Below are positions 50,936 to 61,007 of a stretch of DNA of 64,000 nt, piece after piece (position 1 is the stretch's first letter; each line of letters begins with the position of its first letter). The notes beneath the pieces are model-generated. The model was not told the origin of the DNA and did no database searches. It worked only from the letters and a program-made list of their open reading frames with translations. Source of the DNA: an uncultured Acidobacteriota bacterium (GTDB lineage: Bacteria > Acidobacteriota > Thermoanaerobaculia > Gp7-AA8); the NCBI GenBank assembly GCA_963822445.1, contig CAWGHO010000001.1, positions 1,056,001 through 1,120,000 of the forward strand, in the 5' to 3' direction. The position numbers and the translations under genes are program-made.

Positions 50936-51933
50936 ACCTTCCGGAAGACGTAAACGTCCTGCAGGGCGGCGATCGGAAAGAGCGTCGGCGGATCGGCGTC
51001 ATGGCCGCGCTCGAAGTAGCCGCGCAACTCGAACCCTTCGAACAGCGACTCCGCGAACGCGCGCGTGTGAAAGGTCGCGAACGCGTTCGAGCCGACAGCG
51101 CCGGTGGGCAGCTCGGAGTACTCGCCGGTCTGGCCGAAAATCCGCGCGTACACCGCGCCGTGCAGGGTGATCACGAGCACGCCACCGCGCTTGAGCACTC
51201 TGCGGATCTCCGCGATCCACGCGCGCTGATGCTCGATCGGGAGATGGGTGAAGACCGAGGCGAGTTGGACGAGGTCGAACTGGCCATCCTCGAGTGGTAA
51301 CGGCGGCAACAGATCGCAGACCGCCCACTCCCCCGGTAGGTTGGCTTTGCTCCACGCGATCAGTTCCGCGTTGATGTCGGCGCCGAACGTGCGGCGCTCC
51401 GGACTCGCGCAATGCCAGCCCATGAGCAGCCGTCCCGTCCCACAGCCGATGTCCAGGATCGACTGCATCTCCTTCGGCTCGACACCGCTCGCGCGCAGCA
51501 ACGACTCGAGCGTGTGCAGCCCCGCCACCATCGAGTCGAGATACGACCGCACGTCCCCCCCACCCTGCGTCGCCGCAACCAGTTCCGGCGTCGGCGTGGG
51601 CAAGGCGTCAATGCACGGCCAGATGTCCTTGCGCGAGCTTCCATCGAGCCGGAACACGGCCTCTTCGCCGCCGTCTGCATACACGACGCGCAGCTCGAAC
51701 GGCGGTTCAGCATGCGCGATCTCGACTTCGAACCGGCACTGACCCGCCCGGTGAAACGGCAGAAACGCCAGCTCGGGACAGGGTTTGTTGGTAGGCGTCT
51801 CGACGCCCTCGCCAATCCTGACCGCGACGATTTCGCGGCCGTCGATGGCCAGGGCAGCGCCGCGAAAGCGAAGCTTGCTCGACCTTTCGAAATGGTGATG
51901 GTGCGGCTCGTCGAGGAAGAACAGCGGTTTCAG
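50932..51933 (-). CDS. Class I SAM-dependent methyltransferase; probable CTG start
   Basis: ILDIGCGTGR, SVFTHL, RVLKRGG; frame is open back to a CTG overlapping the aroF stop. Confidence 0.8.
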   Translation of the reverse strand: MKPLFFLDEPHHHHFERSSKLRFRGAALAIDGREIVAVRIGEGVETPTNKPCPELAFLPFHRAGQCRFEVEIAHAEPPFELRVVYADGGEEAVFRLDGSSRKDIWPCIDALPTPTPELVAATQGGGDVRSYLDSMVAGLHTLESLLRASGVEPKEMQSILDIGCGTGRLLMGWHCASPERRTFGADINAELIAWSKANLPGEWAVCDLLPPLPLEDGQFDLVQLASVFTHLPIEHQRAWIAEIRRVLKRGGVLVITLHGAVYARIFGQTGEYSELPTGAVGSNAFATFHTRAFAESLFEGFELRGYFERGHDADPPTLFPIAALQDVYVFRKV

Positions 51934-52943
51934 ATACTCCTCCCCACCGCCGGCACAATGATCTTGAGCTCATCCATCAAACGCGCGAACTGATCGGGGT
52001 ACAGCGACTGTGGCCCATCGCACACCGCCTTTTCCGGATCGTGATGCACTTCGATCAACAATCCGTCCCCACCCGCGGCCACAGTCGCGCGAGCGAGGGG
52101 CATTACTTTGTCGCGGCGTCCGGTGGCATGCGATGGATCGCCGACGATTGGCAGATGCGACAGTTTGTCGATCACCGGGATGGCCGAGATGTCGAAGGTA
52201 TTGCGCGTGTACGTCTCGAACGTGCGGATGCCGCGCTCGCACAGGATGATGTCGTAATTGCCGCCGGCCATGATGTATTCGGCGGCGAGCAGCCATTCCT
52301 GAATGGTGGCGGACATGCCCCGCTTCAACAGAATGGGCTTTCGCACCTGCCCCAGCGCCGAGAGCAGGTTGTAGTTCTGCATGTTGCGCGCGCCGACCTG
52401 GAGGATGTCCACGTATTCGAGCATCTTCTCGATCTGCGAGATCTCCATGACCTCGGACACAGTGGCCATTGAGAATTCATCGCCCGCCGCGCGCAGCAGC
52501 TTCAATCCTTCGATGCCCATTCCTTGAAACGCATACGGCGACGTGCGGGGCTTGTACGCGCCGCCGCGTAACACGCGCGCGCCGGATCGCGCGACGCGAC
52601 GCGCGGTCTCGAAGAGCTGCGTCTCGCTCTCGATCGTGCAGGGACCGGCCATGACCACGACGCGATCGCCGCCGATCTCCACACCGCGCGCTTTGACGAT
52701 GGTCTTGTCGCGCTTGAACGTGCGGCTGGTGAGCTTGTACGGCTCGCTGACCCGCACCACTTCCTGCACGCCTTCGAAGAGCTCGAACTCGCGCGGATCG
52801 AGGGTGTCGACGCGGCCCACTACGCCGAGGATGGTTTGATCGGCGCCGGTGGAGCGGTGGACGTCGAAGCCGCGCGAGCTCAGCTCGGCGACGACGTGCT
52901 CGATCGACGGATCGGGGGCATGTTTCTGCATGACGATGATCAT
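51930..52943 (-). CDS. aroF: DAHP synthase type I-beta
   Basis: AGPC, KPRTSPY, IGARNMQN-like VGARNMQN, CERGIR, DPSH. Confidence 0.95.
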   Translation of the reverse strand: MIIVMQKHAPDPSIEHVVAELSSRGFDVHRSTGADQTILGVVGRVDTLDPREFELFEGVQEVVRVSEPYKLTSRTFKRDKTIVKARGVEIGGDRVVVMAGPCTIESETQLFETARRVARSGARVLRGGAYKPRTSPYAFQGMGIEGLKLLRAAGDEFSMATVSEVMEISQIEKMLEYVDILQVGARNMQNYNLLSALGQVRKPILLKRGMSATIQEWLLAAEYIMAGGNYDIILCERGIRTFETYTRNTFDISAIPVIDKLSHLPIVGDPSHATGRRDKVMPLARATVAAGGDGLLIEVHHDPEKAVCDGPQSLYPDQFARLMDELKIIVPAVGRSI

Positions 52944-53242
52944 TGAGACACTCCTGTAGATGCGGATTCGCGTTCGACACGACGCGATTCGTCGATGATT
53001 CGTTCGAAGAGACGGCGGATGGAAGGACCGTCGAGCGGGCCCGTACCCGCCGCTTCGACGTGCCGCAGCACTTCCTTTTCGCGCTCCGGTGCGTAAATCG
53101 GCAACGACAGCACGCCTTTGATCTCGCCGATCTCCACCGCGTACTTGGCGCGTTGATTGAGCAGTTTGACGAGGACGTCGTCGACGCGATCGATGGCCTC
53201 GCGCAGGCGGGTCAATTCGGCTTCGGCATCTGGCTTGTTCAT
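52940..53242 (-). CDS. Chorismate mutase (AroQ type)
   Basis: LREAIDRVDDVLVKLLNQR, IGEIK, PERE; GAGG RBS. Confidence 0.92.
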   Translation of the reverse strand: MNKPDAEAELTRLREAIDRVDDVLVKLLNQRAKYAVEIGEIKGVLSLPIYAPEREKEVLRHVEAAGTGPLDGPSIRRLFERIIDESRRVERESASTGVSQ

Positions 53243-53260
53243 AGGACCTCGGCGTGACAT

Positions 53261-53358
53261 TGGAGCGCCGGCGTCCCCGCCGGCTGTTGCGCCGGCGTCG
53301 CGCCGGCCCATGCAGGCGAGGACGCCTGCGGTCCAGCCGCCGGGACGGCGGCGCTCCA
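53261..53358. repeat. GGAG-bounded REP-like multi-hairpin element
   Basis: TGGAGCGCCGGCGTCCC ... GGGACGGCGGCGCTCCA; related to the GTAC family. Confidence 0.8.
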
Positions 53359-53382
53359 GGGTTCCGATTGACAATTCGGCAT

Positions 53383-53417
53383 AAACAAAAAACCTCTTCC
53401 CCCGGCGGGAGAAGAGG
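53383..53417 (-). terminator. Attenuator terminator hairpin
   Basis: CCTCTTCTCCC-GCC-GGGGAAGAGG followed by TTTTTTGTTT. Confidence 0.88.
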
Positions 53418-53480
53418 TTCGAGTTTGCCGTTGCCGTTTCGAGCGCCCCTTCTCGCGTCGGGGCGGACGTTTGCCCCACG

Positions 53481-53534
53481 CTAGCTGTCGTAGCCGTAAT
53501 AAAACGAGGCGTATCGAGTGGCGCTGTGGGTCAT
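53481..53534 (-). CDS. Tyr/Phe-rich attenuator leader peptide MTHSATRYASFYYGYDS
   Basis: 17 codons with 4 Tyr and 1 Phe, upstream of the terminator and of chorismate mutase-aroF. Confidence 0.85.
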   Translation of the reverse strand: MTHSATRYASFYYGYDS

Positions 53535-53541
53535 GGAGCGG

Positions 53542-54314
53542 TCAGGGTACGGGCGCCACCGCCGGACTGTCAAGAATCGACCGCACGACGTCCGCCGCCC
53601 GCTCCGCCCCTCCCTCGGCAACCGCGCGAACGATCGCGCTGCCGACGACGATGGCGTCGCAATGATCGCGAAGCAGCGCGTAATGCTCGGGTTTGGAGAT
53701 CCCGAAACCGACGGCGATGGGATGTTTCAACTTGCCGCGGACCTCGTCGAGCCGCTCGATCAACGCCGGATCGAGATCGTTGCGCGTGCCAGTGACGCCG
53801 GTGGTCGAGACGTAGTAAACGAATCCGTCGCTGGCCTTGTCGATGGCCTTGATGCGGGCGTCGGTCGACGTCGGCGCGAGCAGAAACACGGTGCCCAACC
53901 CATGGGCACGCATCGCCGTCCGCACCTCAGAGGAAGCCTCCGGCGGCAGGTCCGTCAACAGCAGTGAGTCGATTCCCGCCGCAGCCGCTTCCGATGCAAA
54001 CCGCTCCGGGCCGTACCGCAGGATCGGGTTGAGATAGGAAAAAGCGATCAGCGGAATGTCGCTTTCCTCCCGAATCTCGCGTGCGATCGCAAACACGTCC
54101 GGCGTGGTTGTGCCATTCTTCAGCGCGCGTTGCGCGGCGGCCTGAATCACCGGACCATCGGCGATCGGATCGGAAAACGGGACGCCGAGCTCGATGGCGT
54201 TCGCGCCGGCGCGCTCGAGCGCACGCACGATGCCGACGGTGTCGCCATCGCCGCAGGTCACGTACGCGATCAACCGGCAGCGATCGCGTTTTCTGAACAG
54301 ACGATCGACGCGAT

Positions 54315-54318
<4 letters not shown>
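53542..54318 (-). CDS. trpA: Tryptophan synthase alpha subunit
   Basis: [27 protein letters not shown]. Confidence 0.97.
53544..53573 (-). promoter_or_regulatory. Sigma70-type promoter TTGACA-N18-TACCCT inside the 3' end of trpA
   Basis: Perfect -35 box; TAnnnT -10 box 9 nt before the leader ATG. Confidence 0.65.
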
Positions 54319-55489
<1,171 letters not shown>

Positions 55490-55493
<4 letters not shown>

Positions 55494-56086
55494 GCGGCCC
55501 GCACCCTTTCCAACAGCGCGCGCACTTTGTCGGGATCCTTCCTGCCCGGCGCGGATTCGACACCGGAAGCGACGTCGATCGCGTACGGCCGCGCAACGCT
55601 GATGGCTACGCCGGCGTTCTCCGCGGTGATCCCGCCGGCGAGGAAGAATGGTTTCTCGCGGACGTACGCCACGAGCTCCCAGTTGAAACGTCTCCCAGTG
55701 CCGCCGGCCAGCCGGTCATCGAGCGTGTCGAACAGCAGATACGCCGCGCGCGTCTTCACCTCGGGCACCTCTTCGCCGACGCGAATGGTCTTGATCACCG
55801 AAACGCCGAGCTGCGTCATGTAGTCATCCGACTCCGATCCATGAAGCTGCACCAGATCGAGCCCGACCTCGGCGATCGCCCGCTGCACCATGTCCAGCGG
55901 CTGATCGCGAAAGACGCCGACGATCTTCGGCCGCGGATTTCCGAGGGCGGCCACGATCTCGCGGGCGCGGTCGTTCGTCACGCAGCGAGGTGACTCGGGC
56001 ACGAAAATGAGGCCCAGATAATCAGCGGACGAGCAGAGGATGGCGTCTTCGGGATTCGTGATTCCACACAATTTGATTTTCGTCAT
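55490..56086 (-). CDS. trpF: Phosphoribosylanthranilate isomerase
   Basis: KLCGIT, QLHGSE, GGTG, DVASGVE. Confidence 0.96.
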
Positions 56087-56862
56087 GACTTCACCAGTTC
56101 CCGCACTGCGGCGGCGCGATCATTCTGTCGCAGGAGCGACTCCCCGACGAGAAACGCATTGAATCGCGCCGCGCGCAGGCGATCAACATCGGCGCGCGTG
56201 CGGATGCCGCTTTCGGCGACCCGGATCGCTTCTGTAGGCATGAGCGTACTCAGACGTTCGGACGTTCCGAGATCGACGTGAAAGTCGCGGAGATCGCGAT
56301 TGTTGACGCCGATGACCCGCGCGCCGGCTTCGAGGGCGCTGGCGAGCTCCGCCTCGTCGTGCACTTCGACGAGCGCATCGCAGCCGTAGGCCTCGAGCAG
56401 GAGGATGAATTCGAGCATGCGCCGGCTGTCGAGCAGCGACGCGAGCAGAAGAATCGCGTCCGCACCCGCGGCGATGCCGCGCATGATCTGCGAAGGCTCG
56501 ACGACGAAATCCTTCATCACCGCCGGCAGTCCGCTCGCCGCTTTTGCGCGGGCAATCCACTCGATGTTTCCCTGGAAGAAGTCGGGCTCGGTGACGATGG
56601 AGATTGCCGCGGCGCCGCCGCGCGCGTAATCCGCGGCGATGGACTCGACGTCGGGATTCGGAGCGATCGGACCGGCCGACGGCGACGCGGCTTTGATCTC
56701 GGCGATGACGTTGATTCCGGCGCGAGCGAGCGCCTGCCGGAACGCGAAGGGGCTTCGCTGTGCGGCACGATCCATCGCCGCGCGGCGCGTGTCCTCGACT
56801 TCCATCGGCTCGTTGCGAAGGCGTTCGCGCGTGCGCGCGACGATGTCGTCGAGAACGGTCAC
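56083..56862 (-). CDS. trpC: Indole-3-glycerol phosphate synthase
   Basis: IAEIKAASPS, GVNNRDL, AESGI. Confidence 0.96.
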   Translation of the reverse strand: MTVLDDIVARTRERLRNEPMEVEDTRRAAMDRAAQRSPFAFRQALARAGINVIAEIKAASPSAGPIAPNPDVESIAADYARGGAAAISIVTEPDFFQGNIEWIARAKAASGLPAVMKDFVVEPSQIMRGIAAGADAILLLASLLDSRRMLEFILLLEAYGCDALVEVHDEAELASALEAGARVIGVNNRDLRDFHVDLGTSERLSTLMPTEAIRVAESGIRTRADVDRLRAARFNAFLVGESLLRQNDRAAAVRELVKS

Positions 56863-57884
56863 GAGGCGCCTCCCAGCTCATTGGTCGCATCGACGAGCTG
56901 CTGCAACTTCTCGCGCGCCGCACCGCTCGCGATCGCATCCCGCGCCATGGTTACTCCTTCGCGAATCGAAGTCGCGAGCCCGGCGACATACAAAGCCGCG
57001 CCGGCGTTGGCGATGACCACATCGCCTCGCGCACCGCTCTCGCCGGCGAGGACTTTGCGGGCGATCTCGGCATTCGCCTTCGCATCGCCGCCGCTCAACT
57101 CCTCGATCGCATGCGTCCGCAATCCGATCTCTTCGGGCGTGACGTCGTACGAGCGCACCTGACCGTCGCGCACTTCGCACACGTGGGTCGGCGCGGAGAC
57201 GGAGATCTCGTCGAGGCCGTCGCGGCTGTGCACGACCATCGCGTGATCTGCGCCGAGAGCCGCAAGCACGTGCGCAACGGTTTCGACGAGCCGGTCCGCG
57301 TACACGCCGAGGACCTGTCGCCGCGCGAACGCGGGATTGGTGAGCGGGCCGAGGACATTGAAGATCGTGCGCAGGCCGAGCTCGCGACGAACCGCGGCCA
57401 CCGCGCTCATTGCCGGATGAAGTTTCGGCGCGAAGAGAAAAGCGATGCCGACCCGGCGAAGGACTGCCGACATCCGTGAGGCATCGAGATCGATGTGCAC
57501 GCCCAGCGCGCTGAGCACGTCCGCGCTGCCGCAGGCCGAGGAGACGGCACGATTGCCGTGTTTGGCGACGTTCGCGCCCGCAGCCGCGGCGACGAGTGCG
57601 GCAACGGTGGAAATGTTGAACGTGCCGCGACCATCGCCGCCTGTGCCGCAGGTGTCGACGAGGTTGTCCCGATCGACATCCAGAGGCGTGACCCGCGCGC
57701 GCATGGCCAGGGCCGCGCCTGTAATCTCATCCGCGGTCTCCCCTTTCATTCGCAGCGCCACGAGCAGCGCGGACTTTTGAACATCGCTCGCTTTTCCATC
57801 CATGACGTACGCGAAGACTTCATGCATCTCGTCGCGGCCGAGATGGTGGCCGTCGACGGCGCGTTTGATGGCCTGCTCGATCAT
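56859..57884 (-). CDS. trpD: Anthranilate phosphoribosyltransferase
   Basis: DTCGTGGDG, KHGNRAVSS, GPLTNP, DGLDE. Confidence 0.97.
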   Translation of the reverse strand: MIEQAIKRAVDGHHLGRDEMHEVFAYVMDGKASDVQKSALLVALRMKGETADEITGAALAMRARVTPLDVDRDNLVDTCGTGGDGRGTFNISTVAALVAAAAGANVAKHGNRAVSSACGSADVLSALGVHIDLDASRMSAVLRRVGIAFLFAPKLHPAMSAVAAVRRELGLRTIFNVLGPLTNPAFARRQVLGVYADRLVETVAHVLAALGADHAMVVHSRDGLDEISVSAPTHVCEVRDGQVRSYDVTPEEIGLRTHAIEELSGGDAKANAEIARKVLAGESGARGDVVIANAGAALYVAGLATSIREGVTMARDAIASGAAREKLQQLVDATNELGGAS

Positions 57885-58468
57885 CGAAGGCCTCCCAGAA
57901 AATTGAGAATCAATTGATCGCCGCCGGACGTGCCGTAGGACTCGGGATGGAACTGGATTCCGAACACAGGCCGGCGCCTGTGCGAAATCGCCATGATCGT
58001 CCCATCCTCGGTCTCCGCGTCGACAGACAGATCGTCCGAAAGCGTCTCGCGCGCGACAACGAGGGAGTGATACCGCGCGGTGTGCATCGGCGCCGGACAT
58101 CCGGTGAACAACCGCTCGCCGCCGTGGCGCACTTCGCTGACCTTCCCATGCACCGGCACCTCGCCGCGCATGACCCGAGCCCCGAACGCCTCGGCAATGG
58201 CCTGATGTCCGAGGCAGACGCCGAGGAGAGGGATCGCGTCGTTGATGCGAATCAGATCGATGCAGCGGCCGGCGCGTGACGGCGTGCCGGGACCGGGCGA
58301 GATGACCAGCGCGCGAGGCTTTTCGGCGATGAGCGCGGCGGGATCAAACGCGTCGTTGCGCACGACGCGGACACGCTCGCCGGAAAGGCGCTCGATCTGC
58401 TGAACCAGGTTGTAGGTGAAGGAGTCGTAATTGTCTACGACTGTGATTGGCGAGTTACTCGAGCCAAA
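57881..58468 (-). CDS. trpG: Anthranilate synthase component II (glutamine amidotransferase); no in-frame canonical start
   Basis: ITVVDNYDSFTYNL, SPGPG, GVCLGHQ, QFHPES; frame closed by an upstream TGA with no ATG/GTG/TTG before DNYDSF. Confidence 0.92.
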   Translation of the reverse strand, partial: FGSSNSPITVVDNYDSFTYNLVQQIERLSGERVRVVRNDAFDPAALIAEKPRALVISPGPGTPSRAGRCIDLIRINDAIPLLGVCLGHQAIAEAFGARVMRGEVPVHGKVSEVRHGGERLFTGCPAPMHTARYHSLVVARETLSDDLSVDAETEDGTIMAISHRRRPVFGIQFHPESYGTSGGDQLILNFLGGLR

Positions 58469-58523
58469 GCGACGAGCCGGCGACGTGACTCATCGGCTCG
58501 TTTGTCTCCTGTGGGTTCGACAT
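58455..58523 (-). CDS. Putative trp leader ORF MSNPQETNEPMSHVAGSSLWLE (second ATG at 58493)
   Basis: TAGACT -10 box 9 nt before ATG 58523; AGGAG before ATG 58493; single TGG preceded by CTT; overlaps the trpG frame. Confidence 0.5.
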   Translation of the reverse strand: MSNPQETNEPMSHVAGSSLWLE

Positions 58524-58548
58524 GGGACGGGAAGTCTAGCACGGGGCC

Positions 58549-59883
58549 TCATGCCTTTTTCATAGGCACCAGTTCCCCCGGCTCGTCGTCCTGCATCCGC
58601 AACCGGAGCTTCGACGATTCCAGCGGCGTTGCTTCGAGCTGGTCGAGGTTGCCGAGGTCCTTGCCGCTGCCGGCCATGCGCTGGAGCTCTTCCCCTTTCG
58701 GCCAGAGGCGGGTGTCGATCGAACGGATGGTCTCGTTGTACTTCTCGACCGTCTTGCCCAGCCGGCCGCCGACCTCGGAGATGAGGTCCATGATCCTCAC
58801 GAAGCGGTTGAACAGCTCCACCGCCGCGTCGTGCATCTTCTTGGCGTTCTCCTCGGTCTTCTCCGCCTTCCAGCTCGCGGCAACCGCGCGCAGCAGCGGG
58901 AGGAGAACCGTCGGTGACGCGAGGAAGATCTTCCGCTCTGCCGCGTACTCGTGCAGCGTGAGATCGGTGGACAGCGCGGCGGCCAGGAAATGCTCGCCGG
59001 GGATGAACATCACCGCGAAATCGAGCGTCTCGCCGACGCTCGCCTGATATTCGCGTTTCGCCAGTGCGTCGACATGGCGGCGGATGTTCTTCGCGTGCTG
59101 TTCGAGAAACGCCCGTTTGCGCGCTTCGTCGGGCTCGTTGCAGGCCGCGATGTACTCGGTGAGCGGCGCTTTCGCGTCGACAGCGATCACGCGCTTGTTC
59201 GGGAGATTGATCACGACGTCGGGGCGGATGCGGCGGCCTTCATCGGTCATGAAAGTCTGCTGCGCATCGAAGTCGTGGCAGTACTCGCTCATGCCCGCGA
59301 GCTCGATGCAGCGCTTGAGCGACATCTCGCCCCAGGAGCCCTGGACCGTCGGAGACTGCAGGGCATTGGCGAGGCGCGCCGCTTCGCGTTGCGCGGATTC
59401 CTGCGTGACGAGCAGAGAGCGAAGCTGCTCCTGCAGGCCTCCATAACTCTCCTTGCGCGCATGCTCGCTCTTCGTCACCTCGGCGCGGTACGTCTCGAGC
59501 ATCTCCCTGACCGGCACGAGCACGCCGTCGAGCGTGCCGCCGACCTGGGTCTTGTTCGACTGCACCAGCGACTCGCTGACGTCCTTGAACGCTTTCTGCG
59601 CGAGCACGGCAAAGCTCTCTTCGAGCTGCTTGTGATTGGCGAGGAGCTTCGCCGCTTCCTCGGCGCGCGTTTCGGCTACGGCGCGTTCCTGCTGGGCCTC
59701 TTCAACCCGGCGCTGCATCTCGGCCCGGGCGGCGTCGCTTTTCTCTCGCTCGGCGTGCTCGAGATCGCGCTCGGCAAGGGCCCGCTGCGCTTCGGCGCTC
59801 TTCCTCGCGCTCCCGACCACCCATCCCACGATCGCACCAATCATCAGGGCGATCACGCTCGAAAACAGCACCGTGATTGTCAT
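58549..59883 (-). CDS. rmuC: DNA recombination protein RmuC
   Basis: N-terminal TM, coiled coil, GSWGEMSL, RPD, VDAK, FIPGE, SPT. Confidence 0.93.
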   Translation of the reverse strand: MTITVLFSSVIALMIGAIVGWVVGSARKSAEAQRALAERDLEHAEREKSDAARAEMQRRVEEAQQERAVAETRAEEAAKLLANHKQLEESFAVLAQKAFKDVSESLVQSNKTQVGGTLDGVLVPVREMLETYRAEVTKSEHARKESYGGLQEQLRSLLVTQESAQREAARLANALQSPTVQGSWGEMSLKRCIELAGMSEYCHDFDAQQTFMTDEGRRIRPDVVINLPNKRVIAVDAKAPLTEYIAACNEPDEARKRAFLEQHAKNIRRHVDALAKREYQASVGETLDFAVMFIPGEHFLAAALSTDLTLHEYAAERKIFLASPTVLLPLLRAVAASWKAEKTEENAKKMHDAAVELFNRFVRIMDLISEVGGRLGKTVEKYNETIRSIDTRLWPKGEELQRMAGSGKDLGNLDQLEATPLESSKLRLRMQDDEPGELVPMKKA

Positions 59884-61007
59884 GAAGAAGATGATAACCC
59901 GCGCATGATCGCGACCACGCGCTCGACCTCCTCCGCGTCGTTGTAGAAGTGGGGCGAGAACCGCAGCATCCCCTCGCGGGGCGCGCAAACTACCCCTTCT
60001 TCCTCGAGGCGGCGGTGGTACCACAGAAGCGACTTCTCTACATCTGGTGGAGTCACGCCGACGATCGGCGAGGCGATGGGCTTCGGCGACCCGACCCGCC
60101 AGCCGATGGATTCGGCCCCCTCGGCCAACCGACGGGCAACAGCCAGAGCGTTTTCGGCAATGACGTCGATGCCGATCTCGAGGAGGAGGTCGACGGCCGC
60201 CCGCAAACCGTAGATCCCGTTGGTGTTCAACGATCCGGCCTCGAACCGGCGCGAGCTCGGAAGCAGGTCGGTCGGCGCGCCAATGAACTTCTGCTGCCGG
60301 TCGATGTTCATCCAGCCGTTTTCGAGGACCTCGAGCTCCTCGCGGCGTTCCTCCGCCACGTAGAAAATCGCGCACCCTTCCGGGCCACACATCCACTTGT
60401 GGCCGTCGGCCGCGAGGAAGTCGATGTTCGCCGCGCGGACGTCGATCGGCAGCACGCCCACGCCCTGAATGGCGTCGACACAGAAGCGGACGTTGCGCCG
60501 TGCGCAAAGCTCGCCGATCGCGATCACGTCAGCGACGAAGCCGTTGTGGAACGCGACGGAGGACACCGTGACGAGACGGGTGCGGTCGTCAATCAGCGGC
60601 TCGATGTCTTCCACGGTCGGTGTTGCGGCGACGCGGCACTCGACACCGCGGCGCGCGAGCACTTTCCAGGGCGTCCAGTTCGAGGGGAACTCGATGGCGG
60701 TGGTGATGACGTTGTCGCCGTCGCGCCAGCGCAGACCTTCCGCGACGAAGGACAGGCCTTCGGAGGTGTTCTTGAGGATGGCGATCTCGCCCGGCTTCGC
60801 GCCGATGAGACGCGCCAGGGACTCGCGAAGGTGGTCGTACTCCGCGTACCAGTCGCGCCAGTGCAGCGCGCCGTAATCGCGCTGATCGCGCGCGTGACGC
60901 TCCATCGCTTCGTAAGCGCGTGTGGAGAGCGGGCCGACGGCGGCGTGATTGAAGTAGATGAGATTTCCCGTGACCGGGAAGAGATCTTTAAAAGCGGCGG
61001 AGGTCAT
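59880..61007 (-). CDS. Class V PLP-dependent aminotransferase (cysteine desulfurase-like family)
   Basis: YFNHAAVGP, VDAIQ, GHKWMCGP, RFSPHFYN. Confidence 0.9.
   Translation of the reverse strand: MTSAAFKDLFPVTGNLIYFNHAAVGPLSTRAYEAMERHARDQRDYGALHWRDWYAEYDHLRESLARLIGAKPGEIAILKNTSEGLSFVAEGLRWRDGDNVITTAIEFPSNWTPWKVLARRGVECRVAATPTVEDIEPLIDDRTRLVTVSSVAFHNGFVADVIAIGELCARRNVRFCVDAIQGVGVLPIDVRAANIDFLAADGHKWMCGPEGCAIFYVAEERREELEVLENGWMNIDRQQKFIGAPTDLLPSSRRFEAGSLNTNGIYGLRAAVDLLLEIGIDVIAENALAVARRLAEGAESIGWRVGSPKPIASPIVGVTPPDVEKSLLWYHRRLEEEGVVCAPREGMLRFSPHFYNDAEEVERVVAIMRGLSSSS

Noticed and set aside
52940-53479. 179-aa extended chorismate mutase as given by the ORF track
   Set aside because: The extension runs through the attenuator and a REP element; the ATG at 53242 has an RBS and gives a normal AroQ length.
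59880-61007. Class V aminotransferase as a selenocysteine lyase serving the Sec peroxiredoxin
   Set aside because: It is 50 kb away, lacks a clear SufS/IscS catalytic loop motif (RxGHHC or SSGSAC), and nothing else links the two.
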